DNA of 64,000 nt from the human T2T-CHM13v2.0 reference genome, Homo sapiens. The DNA lies in contig CP068257.2 of the NCBI GenBank assembly GCA_009914755.4, positions 44,896,001-44,960,000 of the forward strand, read 5' to 3'. The notes under the pieces were generated by a model. It was not told where the DNA came from. It ran no database searches and worked only from the letters and a program-made list of their open reading frames with translations. This document shows positions 44,503 through 58,760 of this stretch, piece after piece. The translations under genes were made by a program, and so were the position numbers. The first letter of the stretch is position 1, and the number at the start of each line of letters is the position of its first letter.

Positions 44503-44784
44503 GTGGGCTCACTGTGGGGCTGTCCACCTGCAGCTCTTTGTAAGCAGCCTCCTATCCTAAGCAGCCCCCTAGACACTCCCTCCCCGAAGCATCTTCCAAA
44601 ACTAAGCTCAGCCCCTCCTCTCTGCATGTGTCTGCCTCCTCAGCTCAGCTACCCCTGTGGAAACCCAGGAGTCACCCATGCCCCCCCAGCACCACCTCCC
44701 CTCCTCTCTCGCAGGAACAGTGAACAGAGGCTGGTGGGAGCCTCTTGCGGCCGGCCTCCTCACAGCCAGTCCTTGTCTCCACAG

Positions 44785-44906
44785 GGGTGGACCTCATTGC
44801 CGCGTTCTATGGCTGCTTGTACTGTGGCTGCGTGCCTGTCACCGTGCGGCCCCCGCACCCTCAGAACCTCGGCACCACACTGCCCACCGTCAAGATGATC
44901 GTGGAG
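44785..44906 (+). CDS. DIP2A: DIP2-family coding exon 20: (G)VDLIAAFYGCLYCGCVPVTVRPPHPQNLGTTLPTVKMIVE
   Basis: Acceptor cttgtctccacag|GGGTGG. Donor GAG|gtgcgc. 122 nt. Confidence 0.87.
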
Positions 44907-45031
44907 GTGCGCCTACCTGGCCCGCGGGTCAGAGTCTGTGAGTGGGAGGCTGCAAGGCTGCCCTCCGCTGCCCCCTTTTCTGGGCAGCTTGAGAGGCCCC
45001 GCCCACCCACCCTTGGCCCCTCGCCATGCAG

Positions 45032-45143
45032 GTCAGCAAGTCTGCATGCGTCCTCACCACGCAGGCTGTCACACGGCTGCTCAGGTCCAAGGAGGCTGCT
45101 GCTGCCGTGGACATCAGGACCTGGCCCACCATCCTAGACACAG
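45032..45143 (+). CDS. DIP2A: DIP2-family coding exon 21: VSKSACVLTTQAVTRLLRSKEAAAAVDIRTWPTILDT(D)
   Basis: Acceptor ctcgccatgcag|GTCAGC. Donor ACAG|gtgcgt. 112 nt. Confidence 0.86.
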
Positions 45144-46191
45144 GTGCGTGTCCTCGCACTGCCCAGGACCAGTCCCTTTTCCTTTCTTTGTTGTAGGTGT
45201 GGTGTGGCCTGGCTGCCGTCCAAAAACACACGTGAGGCAAGAGCAGTCCTGGCAGGAGCCTGGCTGACAGCAGGGGGTGCCCCGGGCCCTGGTGGGGAGT
45301 AGGGGTCCCTGTCCCATGTGTAAACCCACGCTCCACTCAGCCCACAGCAGCCGCACCCAGTCCCAAGTGGTGTGGAGCACAGCCTTGCCCCTCTCACCCG
45401 CCTCCTACTGGCATGGGGGCTGGCAGCTCTCTGAGGCTTTCTGCAAACGCTTTGAGGACACAGCTCCCACCGCATGCCGCCACTCCAGCATCCCTGTCCC
45501 CATCATTGGTGAATGCTGTCATGCCCCATGAAATGCTGAGGGCCAACAGGGTGAGGGTCAGAAACCCCCCTGGCTCCCCTCTGCCGTGGACCTGTCTCAG
45601 CCTGGGCTGGATGGGGCTGGGCCAGGGCAGCTGGTGTAGGGGAGGGCAGGCTCAGAGCCAAACAGCTGGCCAGGGCCCCAAAGCCTCACGGGCTTGCCTC
45701 AAGGGGAGCGGTGCCTGCCCTGCTGAGCCTGTGTCCAGTTGCACCCAGGGAGGCAGTGGTGTCTGGCTCATGGGGCCACGAGAACTTGATGAAGCACGCA
45801 GAACCCAGAGCCCGTCCACAGCTATTCTTGCTGTGGTCGGGACTCGGCTCATCTGGGCTTTGCCATAGGCTCTGTGACTTTTGGCAAATCCCTAGTCCTC
45901 TAATCTTTCCTACTGGTCAGTGACGTGATGCCTCCCCTCTTCGCCCTGCCTCGTCCCCCATCCCCACAGGCTCAGTGTGGTCTTGGTGGGACCGGGTAGC
46001 GTTTCCATGAAGAATGAAATACGCTTTCCTGAGCACGCACAGCCTGCATCGTCACGGCCCCACTCCCGTCTGAGCTCACTCTCTGCAGGACTCCCAAGGA
46101 CAAATCATGTGTCGCCTCTTGCCTGTGAAAGCCCAGAGCGTTCAGAATACATGTGGGAACACTAATGTTGCTGGTGTCTCCTGTTTAACAG

Positions 46192-46301
46192 ATGACATCC
46201 CAAAAAAGAAGATAGCAAGCGTTTTCAGGCCCCCCTCCCCCGATGTCCTCGCATACTTGGACTTCAGCGTGTCAACCACTGGGATATTAGCGGGAGTGAA
46301 G
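46192..46301 (+). CDS. DIP2A: DIP2-family coding exon 22: (D)DIPKKKIASVFRPPSPDVLAYLDFSVSTTGILAGVK (AMP-binding core-motif-like S-TTG-K)
   Basis: Acceptor tcctgtttaacag|ATGACA. Donor AAG|gtaggt. 110 nt. Confidence 0.87.
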
Positions 46302-46610
46302 GTAGGTCCTCTGAAATCTTGTTTGCTTCAGCCCCTAGAAATCAGGAGGAGTGGACAGAAAGGATGTCAGATGCAGATTTAAACTGACAGGTCCTTCTTA
46401 TGCAAAGCACAAAGCAACAATTTTGCTTCTTAAGATTTGTGTTAAATACCAATAAATGCTAAGATGTGATTAGCCTGAGAGTAATGCGTTTTCTGATGCA
46501 TTATGGTTATGTCTAAACTTTCTGATTTATGACTGTCTAGCTTACAGGAACTGGTGGCTTTGAAGAATCTCTTACCTTGCTGGGAGTCAATAGCTCAATT
46601 AAAATTTTTC

Positions 46611-46924
<314 letters not shown>

Positions 46925-47148
46925 TCATTACCCTGAAATTTTGTTTCAAAGATTTTTAGTGTACCATTTCTTGGGTATTATTTAGGTTATATGGGGATTT
47001 GAGCCAACCGTCTTTTAAGGAAATAAATATGATGTTTGGTAGTTCGGAGCTATGGTCTAGCCATGTGAACAGCGGACACTGCCATCCACCCTCTCCCCTC
47101 CTGAATTTCATTTCACTTTTTTTTTTTGAACTTTATTTTACTCTTAAG

Positions 47149-47279
47149 ATGTCGCACGCGGCCACAAGCGCCTTATGCCGCTCCATAAAGCTGCAGTGTG
47201 AGCTGTACCCCTCGCGGCAGATCGCCATCTGCCTCGACCCCTACTGTGGCCTTGGTTTTGCCCTGTGGTGTCTGTGCAG
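47149..47279 (+). CDS. DIP2A: DIP2-family coding exon 23: MSHAATSALCRSIKLQCELYPSRQIAICLDPYCGLGFALWCLC(S)
   Basis: Acceptor ttttactcttaag|ATGTCG. Donor GCAG|gtgagt. In frame with ORF-track 46999..47283. Confidence 0.87.
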
Positions 47280-47794
47280 GTGAGTGCAGGGCCCCTGCTG
47301 CCTGCCAGGTGGGAGCAGCTCGTGTGGCTCTTAGGAACCTTGGCCTTCTAAGGCACCTTTTCTGGGTGCTCAGGAAGCCGATGAGATGTGTGTGAGTGGG
47401 TTTGTTTGGGGATGAAGTGGGTTGGAGTCTGAGTCTGAAATTGAGTGAAAATACATTTTTCATTAAATACACTGTCCGTTATCAGTACTTGGGAAGAATC
47501 TGCTTGATTCCTTCAAACACTAGAAAGTGGCGATCCGTCTCTAGAAGTGAATGCCTCTGGAGTGGTGTCCCCGGATCCTCTCCAAGTGTTCGGAGCAGAG
47601 CTCAGAACCCCGTGCCTGCCATCCCCCAACCTTCACCCTGTGGCATGTTTTCCACCAAACCCCCCCACTTGGCGTCAGAACAGAAATCATGCCCCTGTTG
47701 TGGCTGGAAAAGAAGTGTTCTTGAGGAAGGGAAGAGTGGAGTGCCCAGGGTGCTGGGTGGGCGGGCGGAGCCTCACGAGCCTTCCCTCTCGCAG

Positions 47795-47963
47795 TGTCTA
47801 CTCGGGACACCAATCAGTGCTGGTGCCCCCGCTGGAGCTGGAGAGCAACGTGTCCCTGTGGCTGTCGGCCGTCAGCCAGTACAAGGCCCGCGTCACCTTC
47901 TGCTCCTACTCTGTGATGGAGATGTGCACCAAGGGCCTAGGCGCACAGACGGGTGTCCTCAGG
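47795..47963 (+). CDS. DIP2A: DIP2-family coding exon 24: (S)VYSGHQSVLVPPLELESNVSLWLSAVSQYKARVTFCSYSVMEMCTKGLGAQTGVLR
   Basis: Acceptor cttccctctcgcag|TGTCTA. Donor AGG|gtgagt. In frame with ORF-track 47547..48098. Confidence 0.88.
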
Positions 47964-48432
47964 GTGAGTGCCCAGACCCGGGCTTCTGAGTGTGCTGCAG
48001 ACCACAGCCCTGGGAAGTTTAAAAACAACAAAACAAAACAAGACTCCCAAGGCCCCTCCCTGCAGTTGGAGGAAGTAGAGAAAACCCTTTCCCACTAGGG
48101 GCCCTATGTACACATCTGTCCTCCCACGGCCCACCTGTCTCTGCAGCTCCACACCCCGCAGGAGAGGAGGGTGGGGGGTAGGGCAGGGTCCCTGCGAGAT
48201 AGCGGGGTGGAAGTCTGGCCGCGTGGGAGGGCAGGTGTGGGATGCAGGTCAGATGGGAATCGTTTAGCGCATCCACACGTAGGATTCTGTGGAACAGACA
48301 CAGCCTGCGGAGAGGAGGTTGGTGTCCAGCTCCACCTCTGTGTGCCCACCCGGAGATTTCCCAAAACAGTGCCCAGGGCCCTGGCAACTCACTGAGCTGT
48401 GGCCGTGGCCTGACCGCTCACCCCTCCCGCAG

Positions 48433-48603
48433 ATGAAGGGGGTGAACCTGTCATGTGTGCGCACGTGCATGGTGGTCGCCGAGGAGCGGCCCAGGATTGC
48501 GCTGACCCAGTCCTTCTCCAAGCTCTTCAAGGACCTGGGCCTGCCGGCCCGCGCCGTAAGCACCACGTTCGGGTGCAGGGTCAACGTGGCCATCTGCCTC
48601 CAG
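48433..48603 (+). CDS. DIP2A: DIP2-family coding exon 25: MKGVNLSCVRTCMVVAEERPRIALTQSFSKLFKDLGLPARAVSTTFGCRVNVAICLQ
   Basis: Acceptor cccctcccgcag|ATGAAG. Donor CAG|gtgagg. In frame with ORF-track 48289..48753. An internal GTAAGC at about 48556 is a decoy donor. Confidence 0.88.
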
Positions 48604-49027
48604 GTGAGGTGCCTGGGGCCTGCGGTTCTCGAAAGCTGGCTGTTGGCAGCATGGAGACCCAGTTTCCCAGTTGTTAATGTGCCGTTTTGTAGCCGCCTGA
48701 TCTATTTCTCCTTCTCTGAGCCTTTGATATCTCATTTCCATGTAACATTTTAGCTTCAAGGGTTTTATTTTTAAAGATGTTCTATTCTAGTTGGAGAAAG
48801 GCTTATTTGGAAAAAAAACACATTGTTTTTGAACAGTGACTAATAACTGTAAGACTCTCTAAGTTAGATATAAAACACAGCTAAGTTCTTAAAGCAAGAT
48901 TGAACTTACTGTTTTAAGATATCTAGCAATATTAAATTGAAACATTAATAAATGTGGTAATTTGTGTTGACTCAAATTCATTTCTGAAACCATGAAATGT
49001 CTTATTAAAAGGAAGCACCAAGTTTCA

Positions 49028-49354
<327 letters not shown>

Positions 49355-50933
49355 TCAGAGATTGAAGAGCTCACGGCAGTTCTGTTTATTGCTTCCTCAG
49401 ATAGCTACAGCTGTTGCCCAGATTTTGTACTAGTATCTCAATTTCATTTCTTTCTAAAAACATCTTAAAACCAATTGGCTTTTTAGATAACCCTACATAT
49501 TGAACGCCTTATTCACCCACATAGTACAAGAATAGCTGGAAGGAAATGGCACCTGTCCGTGCCAGAGCAGGGCTGAGTGCAGGTCTGTCTCTGTTTCCAA
49601 AGTGTTTGCTTGGCCTTGTGCCTCCCCATCACAGTGGCAGTGCACGCAGGGCAGGGCGGGGGCTCTGCTCACACCCTCTTCACCACAAAAAGACCCCTGA
49701 CCACTCAAGCCTCAGACCCTTGTCACGCAGCAGAGGAGATCGGGCGGGAGCCTTTTGTGAGCTCGCTTCCTGTGTAGGCTGTGGCTGAGCGTGGGTGCCG
49801 GCCTTTGTGTTAGCGGCTCTGCGTCTGCAAGCCTGGGGCCTCCTTGCTAGACGTCGGAAGGGTATGGATGCCACACATGATTGCAGAAATGATGTTAATG
49901 GGATGTTCACGTTTGCTCTTTAAGATACAGAGGTGGGTTTTGCTCTCTCTTTCCCTGTGTTTCTCATGTGGCTGCTGCTTCTGTGTGTGTTTCCTGTGGC
50001 TGTCTCCTCCCTGTCTCACTCTGCTGCCTCCTTGGCCTCTGTCAGCCCAACAGGCTGGGAAAGCTGGCTGAGCAGGTATGACCTTGACCTTGACCTTGTT
50101 GGTGCCTCTGTGCTTCCCCCTCCCATGAGTTCATGTGACTTTCTCGTGAATTCTAGACAAACATGTTTCTTTTGCTGTCTTACTTTGTTCACAGTGGATA
50201 TTACTTGACATATTACAAAAGCTCCCTTGTAACCAAATTTAAAAGTAAAACTATTTTCAAAAAATGTTAATGCTCATAGCATTGCCTTGGGAGGAAGGGC
50301 TGTGTTTAGTTCCAGTGCAGAGGTGTTTAATTCCAGTGCAGACACAGGTTATGTTGTCTGGGATCTTTAAGGGTGATGTTGATCAGAGTACTCATTTAAT
50401 TGATGTTCCTTATTGAATAAAATGACACATAATGTCCTTTAGTCGGGATTAATGTTAACTGTAAGATTCAGAAAGGAAGAGAGTAGAAAGGTGAAGGCTG
50501 CCATCCATCTCACCTGAGTGAGTCTCGGCTGCGAGCAGTCCCCGGTAGAATTAGGCTGGTTGGTGAGAGGCAAGGCCCTGCCTGACAGCATGGTGGAAAT
50601 GCCCCTCAAATCCTAATGGTGTTTTCATCACAGCAAGAGACCAGTGGGAATAGAAAGTTGTTAGAACTGAAATGTAAAGTGGCATGATTTGGTGTTTTCA
50701 GAGTCATTGAGTGTTTCGCTCAATATTATCAAGCTCTGTGGATGTTTGGATGGAAAGCATCAGACTGCCTGGGGGACCTTGAACCCCTAGGCGGACTCAC
50801 TGCAGGGAGCAGAGCTGCTACCTTCTTGGGTGTCCCCGGGGGCCAGGGAGGAGCTGCCATGCAGCTGTGCCTGTAGAAACAAGATGTTAAGTGAGGCCCC
50901 TGAACAGAAGTTCCTCTGCTGCTCTCCTTCCAG

Positions 50934-50995
50934 GGCACAGCTGGCCCGGACCCCACAACCGTCTACGTGGACATGCGGGCACTGCGCCATGACAG
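50934..50995 (+). CDS. DIP2A: DIP2-family coding exon 26: GTAGPDPTTVYVDMRALRHD(R)
   Basis: Acceptor gctctccttccag|GGCACA. Donor GACAG|gtaatg. 62 nt. Confidence 0.85.
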
Positions 50996-51959
50996 GTAAT
51001 GCTCCCAGCCTGCCTGGGCCCCATGGATACCCAGTGGCAAAGTGATGCAAACCAGGTCGGCACTGACTATGCACCCCCGGGACCCAGGCATTAGAGGACG
51101 GCGGGGCCAAGTCAGGCCTACCGGGACACCTGGATGGGCACATGAGAGGACAGCTGGCTACATTGGGCCATCTGCACCAAGAGGAAGAGGAGAGCTGTGT
51201 GCCCCACTCCGGGCGTGCCTCCCAGGGGAGCTCAGTGTCTATCTCTGTGCGCCCGTGTCCCCAGGGCTGCAGTTAACATCCCTTTATCTATCACACAACC
51301 AGGAAGAATAAGAGTGGCCCCTGTGACATTTGGTTCTTTAGAGGGACAGGGACAGAGAGAAGACAAGTAACCCATCTACTGGCAAGAACGTTTCTTACCC
51401 GATGACCCATGTGACATTTGGTTTTTAGAGGGATAGGGACAGATAGAAGACAAGTTATCCATCTACTGGCAAGAACGTTTCTTACCTGATGCTGTCATAG
51501 GATCTGACTTAGTTTCATCTTGATGAACGATGGTGGTGCATACAGTGTGTGCTTGCTGGTCTGTGGTCAGATGTGTATCAGGGCCCCTCCCAGCTTTGAA
51601 GCTCAGATCCCAGTCCTGGATTCTCAAGTATGGCCACACTGTAGCTTGATGTAAACACTAGGTTTAGCTTACTGGGTGCCAGGGGCTTGCTGGGTTCAGG
51701 GAGGACCTAAACGAAATGTAGAGTGAGCTGCTGTGAGCACATGGGGTGGGTGGCGAGTGCATGCGGGTGGCGGCACTTGGGACCGCAGCGTGGTTGGGGT
51801 GTCCCTGCCATTCATGGCAGGTGTGCTGTGGAAAGGTTGACATCCTGACTGTTGTCAACAGACCCTCAGAGTGATCATTTCCAACGTCATGATCTGCCCT
51901 TTCAGACATTACTACCTGTGTAGTAAATTTTGTACTGAAATTGTTCCCTTAATTTTTAG

Positions 51960-52017
51960 GGTTCGTTTGGTAGAACGGGGTTCTCCGCACAGCCTGCCAT
52001 TGATGGAGTCTGGAAAG
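51960..52017 (+). CDS. DIP2A: DIP2-family coding exon 27: (R)VRLVERGSPHSLPLMESGK
   Basis: Acceptor cccttaatttttag|GGTTCG. Donor AAG|gtagtg. 58 nt. Confidence 0.85.
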
Positions 52018-54069
52018 GTAGTGGAAACCAAGACGCGTGCATTCTGAGTCGCGTCTGAGACCTTTGTCTGAAGCATCACCCCGTGGAGGGTGCTGGGGGC
52101 TGCGGCTCTGATGAACACAGGTCGACTTCTGGTTGGGGTGGGCTCGGCTGCTGCAGAAGTCTCCTTCCCTCCTTTGTGGCTGGTATATAGAATTACTTAG
52201 TTATGTTTTTAAACACACATCTGAGCTCAAAGCCAAGAAAGGGAGAAGTTCAGGTGCAGGAATAAAGAACTCCCGCTGGGTGGGTGGCAGGCCTCAGGCC
52301 TCTGGGGCCAGGGCCATGGAGGGGGGTTCCGGCCCACCCACACATTTAGAGTTAAATGGAGTGGCCCTGGCCCTAAGTTGGAGATGGCAAAATCTCATGC
52401 CCTAGTTTAGGGTGTCAGCAGGGAAGAGGCCCCCAGACCCTGTCGGGGATCTGGGGGATCCTGAGATGGCCCGAGGACTCCCAGGAAAAAACTGAGATGC
52501 TGCAAGAGGTCAGCAGACATAGGCACAGAACAGCATCCTCTGAACCAGGAAGGGTTCAAAGGAAGGAGGAAAAGCCACACAGCCCAGGAAGGCAGCATGA
52601 AGAGTAAGCCAGGCTTGATATGAGTCGGGGACCCTGGTGCCTTCACAACCGCAGAGGCAAGAGAAGGAGCTTGGCCACCCTGACTCCGTTCACTGCCATG
52701 GCCACAGCCACCTGTGGGGAGTCAGAGAGGGGTCCAGAGAGGGACCCAGCCAAGCCATGTGATGTCCAGGATACAGACTCCTGCAGGGCAGCAGGGGTGA
52801 GACTGCGGACAGAAGGCACAGCTGCTGTGAGGGTCTCGAGGTGGGAGCTACAGGGAGGCCAGTGGGACTGGGCTGAGTGTGGGGAGCAGAAGGAGTGCGT
52901 GAGTGAGTGAACTCACATGCAGGTGCAGGGGCTTGAAAAGCTCCCTTCCCATGTCCCCTGTTACAGTCACTTCAGGCGGTAGACCAGCCGAGAGTGGAGT
53001 CGGGTGAGCTTAGTGGACAGCACATCTGTGGGAGCCGTGGGCTGCTGCACGTCCTCCCTTCTCTGAGCACAGGGACATGTGAGCCGCCATCGCACACAGC
53101 TCTGCATCATCCTTGGTGTAAACTCAGCGGGTTTCCCTGGGTCATGGGGCCTCCACGTCGCTCTTTTCCCTGCCCTGCCATGTACAGCCGCACTGTAATT
53201 GTTTAGCTCACCCCCTTTTATTGGACGTTCTTTCCTATTTTGCTGTTACAATCACTTGGGCCTGATAGGTTTGTGTCCTGGAAAGAGCTCTGGTTTTGGG
53301 GCTCAGCTGGGACATGCAGGGAGAAGATGGAGGCTCCAACAGCATCTGGGGAAACAGAACAGTCCCACTCCGCCGGGGAGGGTCTGGCGGTAACCGTAGC
53401 TCACACCTCCCTGTGGCCCGTCGTCCCCTCCTCTTGCCTGCCCTGAGCCTGCAGTGTCATTGCCCCCATTTCATACGTGAGGAAACTGAGGACACAGAAC
53501 AAGCATCCAGGCCTTGTGCAGTCAGGTGGTCTGACCTGAGCCCAGTGAGGGAACACTGGGACCGGGCCTGGGAGGCCAGGTAAGAGATGGTGGCCTCTTG
53601 CCGTCCTGAATTGGCACAGAGCCAGTGCTCAGTGGTTGGACTGACTCGGAGTCACGGGCAGGAAGAACTTCCTCATGGTCAGGTTCCTGGCCAAGAACTA
53701 GGACAGACATGTGCCTCCTGCAGGGCTGGGCACAGCAGGGTCACTGCACCCCTGGATGGATGCCCATCAGGTGCGCTGGCATCACCTGGCTGATTGTCTT
53801 TGTAGGCTTAGTGACCCTCTGCCCCTCCTGACACCCAGAGACGGGATCCCTTCTCAGGAACTGGAGTCATTTTGCTTATTTCTATTAACATCTCTTATTT
53901 CTTTCAAAATTCAAAGTCAAATTTGGAGCGGCCTCTAAACTTCCTGACCTGACATAAGCACATCAGTCCTGCAGGCCAGCTTCTGAGGGACGTTATTTTA
54001 ATGTCACTGAATCAAGAGAGTCTCGTGTCATGTTTTCTTTAACAAGGGACATAGCTCTCCTCCTTCCAG

Positions 54070-54144
54070 ATCCTCCCCGGCGTGAAGGTCATCATCGCAC
54101 ACACCGAGACCAAAGGACCCTTGGGAGACTCACACCTGGGAGAG
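54070..54144 (+). CDS. DIP2A: DIP2-family coding exon 28: ILPGVKVIIAHTETKGPLGDSHLGE
   Basis: Acceptor ctcctccttccag|ATCCTC. Donor GAG|gtgagc. 75 nt, phase 0/0. Confidence 0.86.
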
Positions 54145-55924
54145 GTGAGCAGGGGCCCATGGGAGGGGCTTGAGCTCTCCAGCCTCACCAGCTTCACCTT
54201 CCTTCCCTTTTTGCTTCAGATTTTGGAATTCTAAACTTGCCTTTGGGAATCTACCAGAAACCATTTGGCCCTTGCCCCGTGTACCTCCCAGACCCAGTTC
54301 CTATGTAGGATTTTGGGGTACTGTGGGACAAACTGCCTCATCCCTAGGTTGACCTAACCAAGAGAGGGGAACCCCTAGGTTTGAGGGCACTGACAGGTGA
54401 GAGGAGCTGCACAGGAACCAGTGGCAGTGTGGAAAACAGCTACCTTGTGCAGGACCCAGCAGCTGCTACGTAAACGTGGTCCCTGGCACCCAGGCAGGAG
54501 CACAGACACGGGGAACTGGCAATAGGGAACTCTGCACCAGAAGAGTTCAGGGCCTCCACCTGCAGCTGGGAGGTTTGGGGAGCTCAGAGCCCTTGTCCTG
54601 AGGACACAGTGGAGGGTGCGGGTCTCCCTGAGAACACAGAGGCTATACAGGAATCCGTTGGGTTGAAATGTCTACATGTATTGCACGTACATCTTGCTGT
54701 AATTTGGGACAGGCATGACTCATTATTTACAGGCAGTGGTGGCAGCTTGACGTGCAGTCCCGAATGTGCAGATTGATCTGTTGTCATGGGAGCATAAGGA
54801 CTCACGTTCCTAGTCCTATCCTCTTGGGGAATGTGCTGTCAAATTGATGTCTTCAAACCAGGCGGGCACAGGCATCATTTGTGAGCTCTGCTGTGAAGCC
54901 AGACTGGGGGCTTCCAGCAAGCCGTGCCCAGAGGGAAATCACTCAGCCTCAGCTGGCTTCTCCTGACTGGGACAAGGGTGTGAGCGTGCGGGCCCTCAGG
55001 TGGTCTTACCGTGTCCTGATGGGAAGGTGTCCTGGGTCCCAACCCTGAGTGTGGCTGGTGTGAGGGACCCTCCCCTCAACCGTCCCACTTCCTGCACAGC
55101 CAAACCCAGGTCTGTAAGTCAAGGGTGTACCCCCAAGAAATGGAGAGTCTGAGCCAGGCATGGTGACCCACCCTTGTGGCAGATGCTCAAGGGAAACGCC
55201 CCTATTGGCCACCCCGTTCTCCTCTTTCAGACGCTGCCATGCAGGGGCGTCTTAGAGCCAGTCGAACTGACCGTGGGTTCTGGACGGACTCTCTCTAGAA
55301 GGGCCCCATGACACTTGGTCCTGCAGGCACAGGCCTCTGGTCCCTTGGTCTCTGCATGGATGCACAAAATGCTTACGTGTGTAGATATGAGGGTGCACAC
55401 AAACACGTGGACAGGTGGATACACACACGTGAACACGGATAGCGGACGCACACACACGCGCGTGGGGCTGACGTTAACCCTGGGATGTGCCGTCTGTTTT
55501 CAGGGCCTCTGTCTTACTGTGAGTCTGAGCAGCTGCACGCTCTCCACTCTGTAAGAACCCTCATTCCTTCAGCCTGTCCCTGTTGTGGAATGTGGGTTGC
55601 TCCCGGCCCTCTCTTATTACCAACAATAGTTGGATGTGAGGAAGGTGGAATTGCCCCTCTCGACTTACCCACGTAGGATAGAGTCCTACAGATGACATTC
55701 TTGGGTCAAAGGAAGAAACACAGTATTTAAGGAGAGAAAAGTTCTGTTTGCTTTCTGTGCCTGTAATTTAACTTAGTTCATAAAATAAGAGACAATGAAT
55801 ATTATCCGCCCCGACTTCGTTCAGTGTTTTCTGGAGCATTATTCTTGGCCAGTGGATGTCTCGTGACAGAATCTGAACTCGGTGGTTGGTAACACATCAC
55901 ATTCTTGTCCTCTGGGCCCACCAG

Positions 55925-56099
55925 ATCTGGGTAAGCAGCCCCCACAATGCCACCGGGTACTACACCGTTTACGGGGAGGAGGCGCTTCATGCCGACCACT
56001 TCAGTGCCCGGCTGAGTTTTGGAGACACACAGACCATCTGGGCAAGGACCGGCTACCTTGGCTTCCTTCGGCGAACAGAGCTCACTGATGCCAGTGGAG
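55925..56099 (+). CDS. DIP2A: DIP2-family coding exon 29: IWVSSPHNATGYYTVYGEEALHADHFSARLSFGDTQTIWARTGYLGFLRRTELTDASG(G)
   Basis: Acceptor tctgggcccaccag|ATCTGG. Donor GGAG|gtgagg. 175 nt. Confidence 0.85.
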
Positions 56100-56771
56100 G
56101 TGAGGGGTTGTGGTGAAGCCCTGCGTGAGTGCTGTGCGGGGAGGACCTGGGCTCCCCAAGAGCTTAGTCACCTGCTAGCACACCTCACTCCTTGCTGTGG
56201 TCTGGTATTGCTCCTTGTGGGGGGAAGATGTTCTGACAGCAGTTTTCTCTGAAAATACTGTTTTCCCTCCATGACTGCCCCTCACTGTCCTTGGGCCCTT
56301 GGCCTCTGCTGAGGGCGTGGGGGACGGTGTTGGTGATAAGGCTACCAGGCTTCTCCCCGAGGCCAGACCGGTCTCTCTGCCGCTGTGTCTTTACCAGTGG
56401 CTTCCCCATGCACAACCCATTTAAGGTTGTGGTCAATGTCCAGAGGACTCTGTGCAGCCACCACAAGCTGGCCAGATAAGGCAGAACTTTTGGTAGCTCC
56501 TATAGATGGTGTCCCGTTCACAGAGATAAGTTATTTTTAATAATACGCTCACACTTGCTGTAACTTTCCTGAGGTGGTTCCGTGCTGCAGAGATAACAGC
56601 CTGCTCTGCCAGGACCTCCATCACCCTTTCTGCACGTGGTGTGCGACCTCATGATGTTTCAGTTGAGACCTCCCTGTGCCTGAGAGCCCCTGGTTGGGCT
56701 CAGAGGATACGAATGTCCAGACTCTGCATGCCTTGGCTTTCTGGGCACGTGTAAACACACACTGTTCACAG

Positions 56772-56895
56772 GGCGGCACGATGCACTGTATGTGGTTGGG
56801 TCTCTGGATGAAACTCTGGAGCTCAGAGGCATGCGGTACCACCCCATCGACATTGAGACCTCTGTCATCCGAGCACACAGGAGCATCGCTGAGTG
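56772..56895 (+). CDS. DIP2A: DIP2-family coding exon 30: (G)RHDALYVVGSLDETLELRGMRYHPIDIETSVIRAHRSIAE(C)
   Basis: Acceptor cactgttcacag|GGCGGC. Donor GAGTG|gtaaga. 124 nt. Confidence 0.85.
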
Positions 56896-57581
56896 GTAAG
56901 AGCCCAGGTGGAGGGCGGCTTCACGTGGTCCATCCAGCCCTTCCTCTGGGCATGAGTGCTGTGCATCGGTTGGAGCAGAGCAAGGACTGCTGGGCCCTGG
57001 GCACAGGCCTCCTGCATTGTCACCCTGGTCTGCAGTGGAGCTGGGTGCCATGTAGATGAGCCCTATCTACCTTGGGCATTGCCAGAGAGGGCTGAGGACT
57101 TCTTGTGGGTTCTCCCTCTGGATGTACTCTGCAAAACATGGTGCCAGAGCACACCTCACTGCCTGTGTTTGGGTTTGGCTTGTTTTTTTATCTGTTTCCT
57201 TATCAGTGGTAAGCTAAGAGATTGTCCCCAAATGCACAGGCAAAATGTAGATTTCCACAGGTCTCATCCTGAAGTGTTTCTACTTTTAATATGAGTTTCT
57301 CACATGGTTGTGACTCCTGATTCCTTCACCTGTAGGGAACTTGTGTTGGGACAGGTACAGCTTTCAGCATCAGATAATGCTCTGATTCTCAGTAAAAGCT
57401 TTAGTTGGAATAGACATCCTGTAAAATGGATCTGGCCTGATCTTTAGATTGTAAATGGCCTTAAATAGCTGTGTGACATTGGTGGGCTTCACTCTTCTTT
57501 GTGCCACCCTTTCCCAAGCATTCATTGGCCCCTGTGACCTGTGCCTGTATCCATGTGACCCAGTCTGTCTTCTCTCTGCAG

Positions 57582-57834
57582 TGCCGTATTCACCTGGACC
57601 AACCTGCTGGTGGTGGTGGTGGAGCTGGATGGGCTAGAGCAGGATGCCCTGGACCTGGTGGCCCTGGTGACCAACGTGGTGCTGGAGGAGCACTACCTGG
57701 TCGTGGGAGTGGTGGTCATCGTGGACCCAGGGGTGATCCCTATCAACTCTCGGGGTGAGAAGCAGCGCATGCACCTGCGGGACGGCTTCCTGGCTGACCA
57801 GCTGGACCCCATCTATGTCGCCTACAACATGTGA
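57582..57834 (+). CDS. DIP2A: DIP2-family terminal coding exon: (C)AVFTWTNLLVVVVELDGLEQDALDLVALVTNVVLEEHYLVVGVVVIVDPGVIPINSRGEKQRMHLRDGFLADQLDPIYVAYNM*
   Basis: Acceptor ttctctctgcag|TGCCGT. TGA stop at 57832-57834. Matches ORF-track 57610..57834. Confidence 0.9.
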
Positions 57835-58449
57835 GCGCAGCACACCGGCCCAGGTGCCGGAGATGAATGAGCCCCAGCAGTCCAAGGTGTGATGTGGGAA
57901 GACACCGCAGAGCTCACTCACCGGGACTCGCCCTTCCTGTGCTCTTACAGATCCCTCTCAACAATCCCCGCATCTCCTTTTAGAAAGCACTTCCTGAATT
58001 ATTTAAAGAAATATTTTGAATCTGCCAAGTACATTTACAAAAACACGGATGCTGGTATTTTAACAGATGGAGAGACAAGGAAAGGAAAGGAAAGGCCTGG
58101 CATGGGCATTGTGAGGAATCACAGGCACCGAGGTTGTTCTCTGCTGTACTGCAAGTTTGCACTTTCTTTAGGCTAAAAATATAGTTCCTGATTTTTAAAA
58201 TTCAGTTATTTATTCCCACTTCAAATGACAAGTTCATATATAGAATTTACGGGAGAAACTTGAGACCATTTACGGGGAGAAATTTGATTCTGGGAAGATA
58301 GCAGAGTACAAACCAGCTGCCTCACTTCTGTTTCACAGGGAGGCTGATGGAAAAAGGAAGCAAGCTGGACCCATCCTCCCTGCTCACAGAGGGCACTGTG
58401 GTCACACACAGTGCCTCCTCTGCCAGTTCCTTTATTGAAAGAGGTGTGC

Positions 58450-58760
<311 letters not shown>

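Noticed and set aside
47396-48098. Long + ORFs 47396-47989 and 47547-48098
   Set aside because: They are intronic read-through upstream and downstream of the real exon 47795-47963. The splice-bounded exon gives a protein continuous with neighbouring exons and the flanks do not.
55925-55937. Strong donor-like motif TGG|GTAAGC six nucleotides into exon 29, and GCC|GTAAGC inside exon 25 (about 48556)
   Set aside because: Using either would create a frameshift or a 6-nt micro-exon. The full-length exons give conserved protein sequence. Treated as decoy 5' splice sites.
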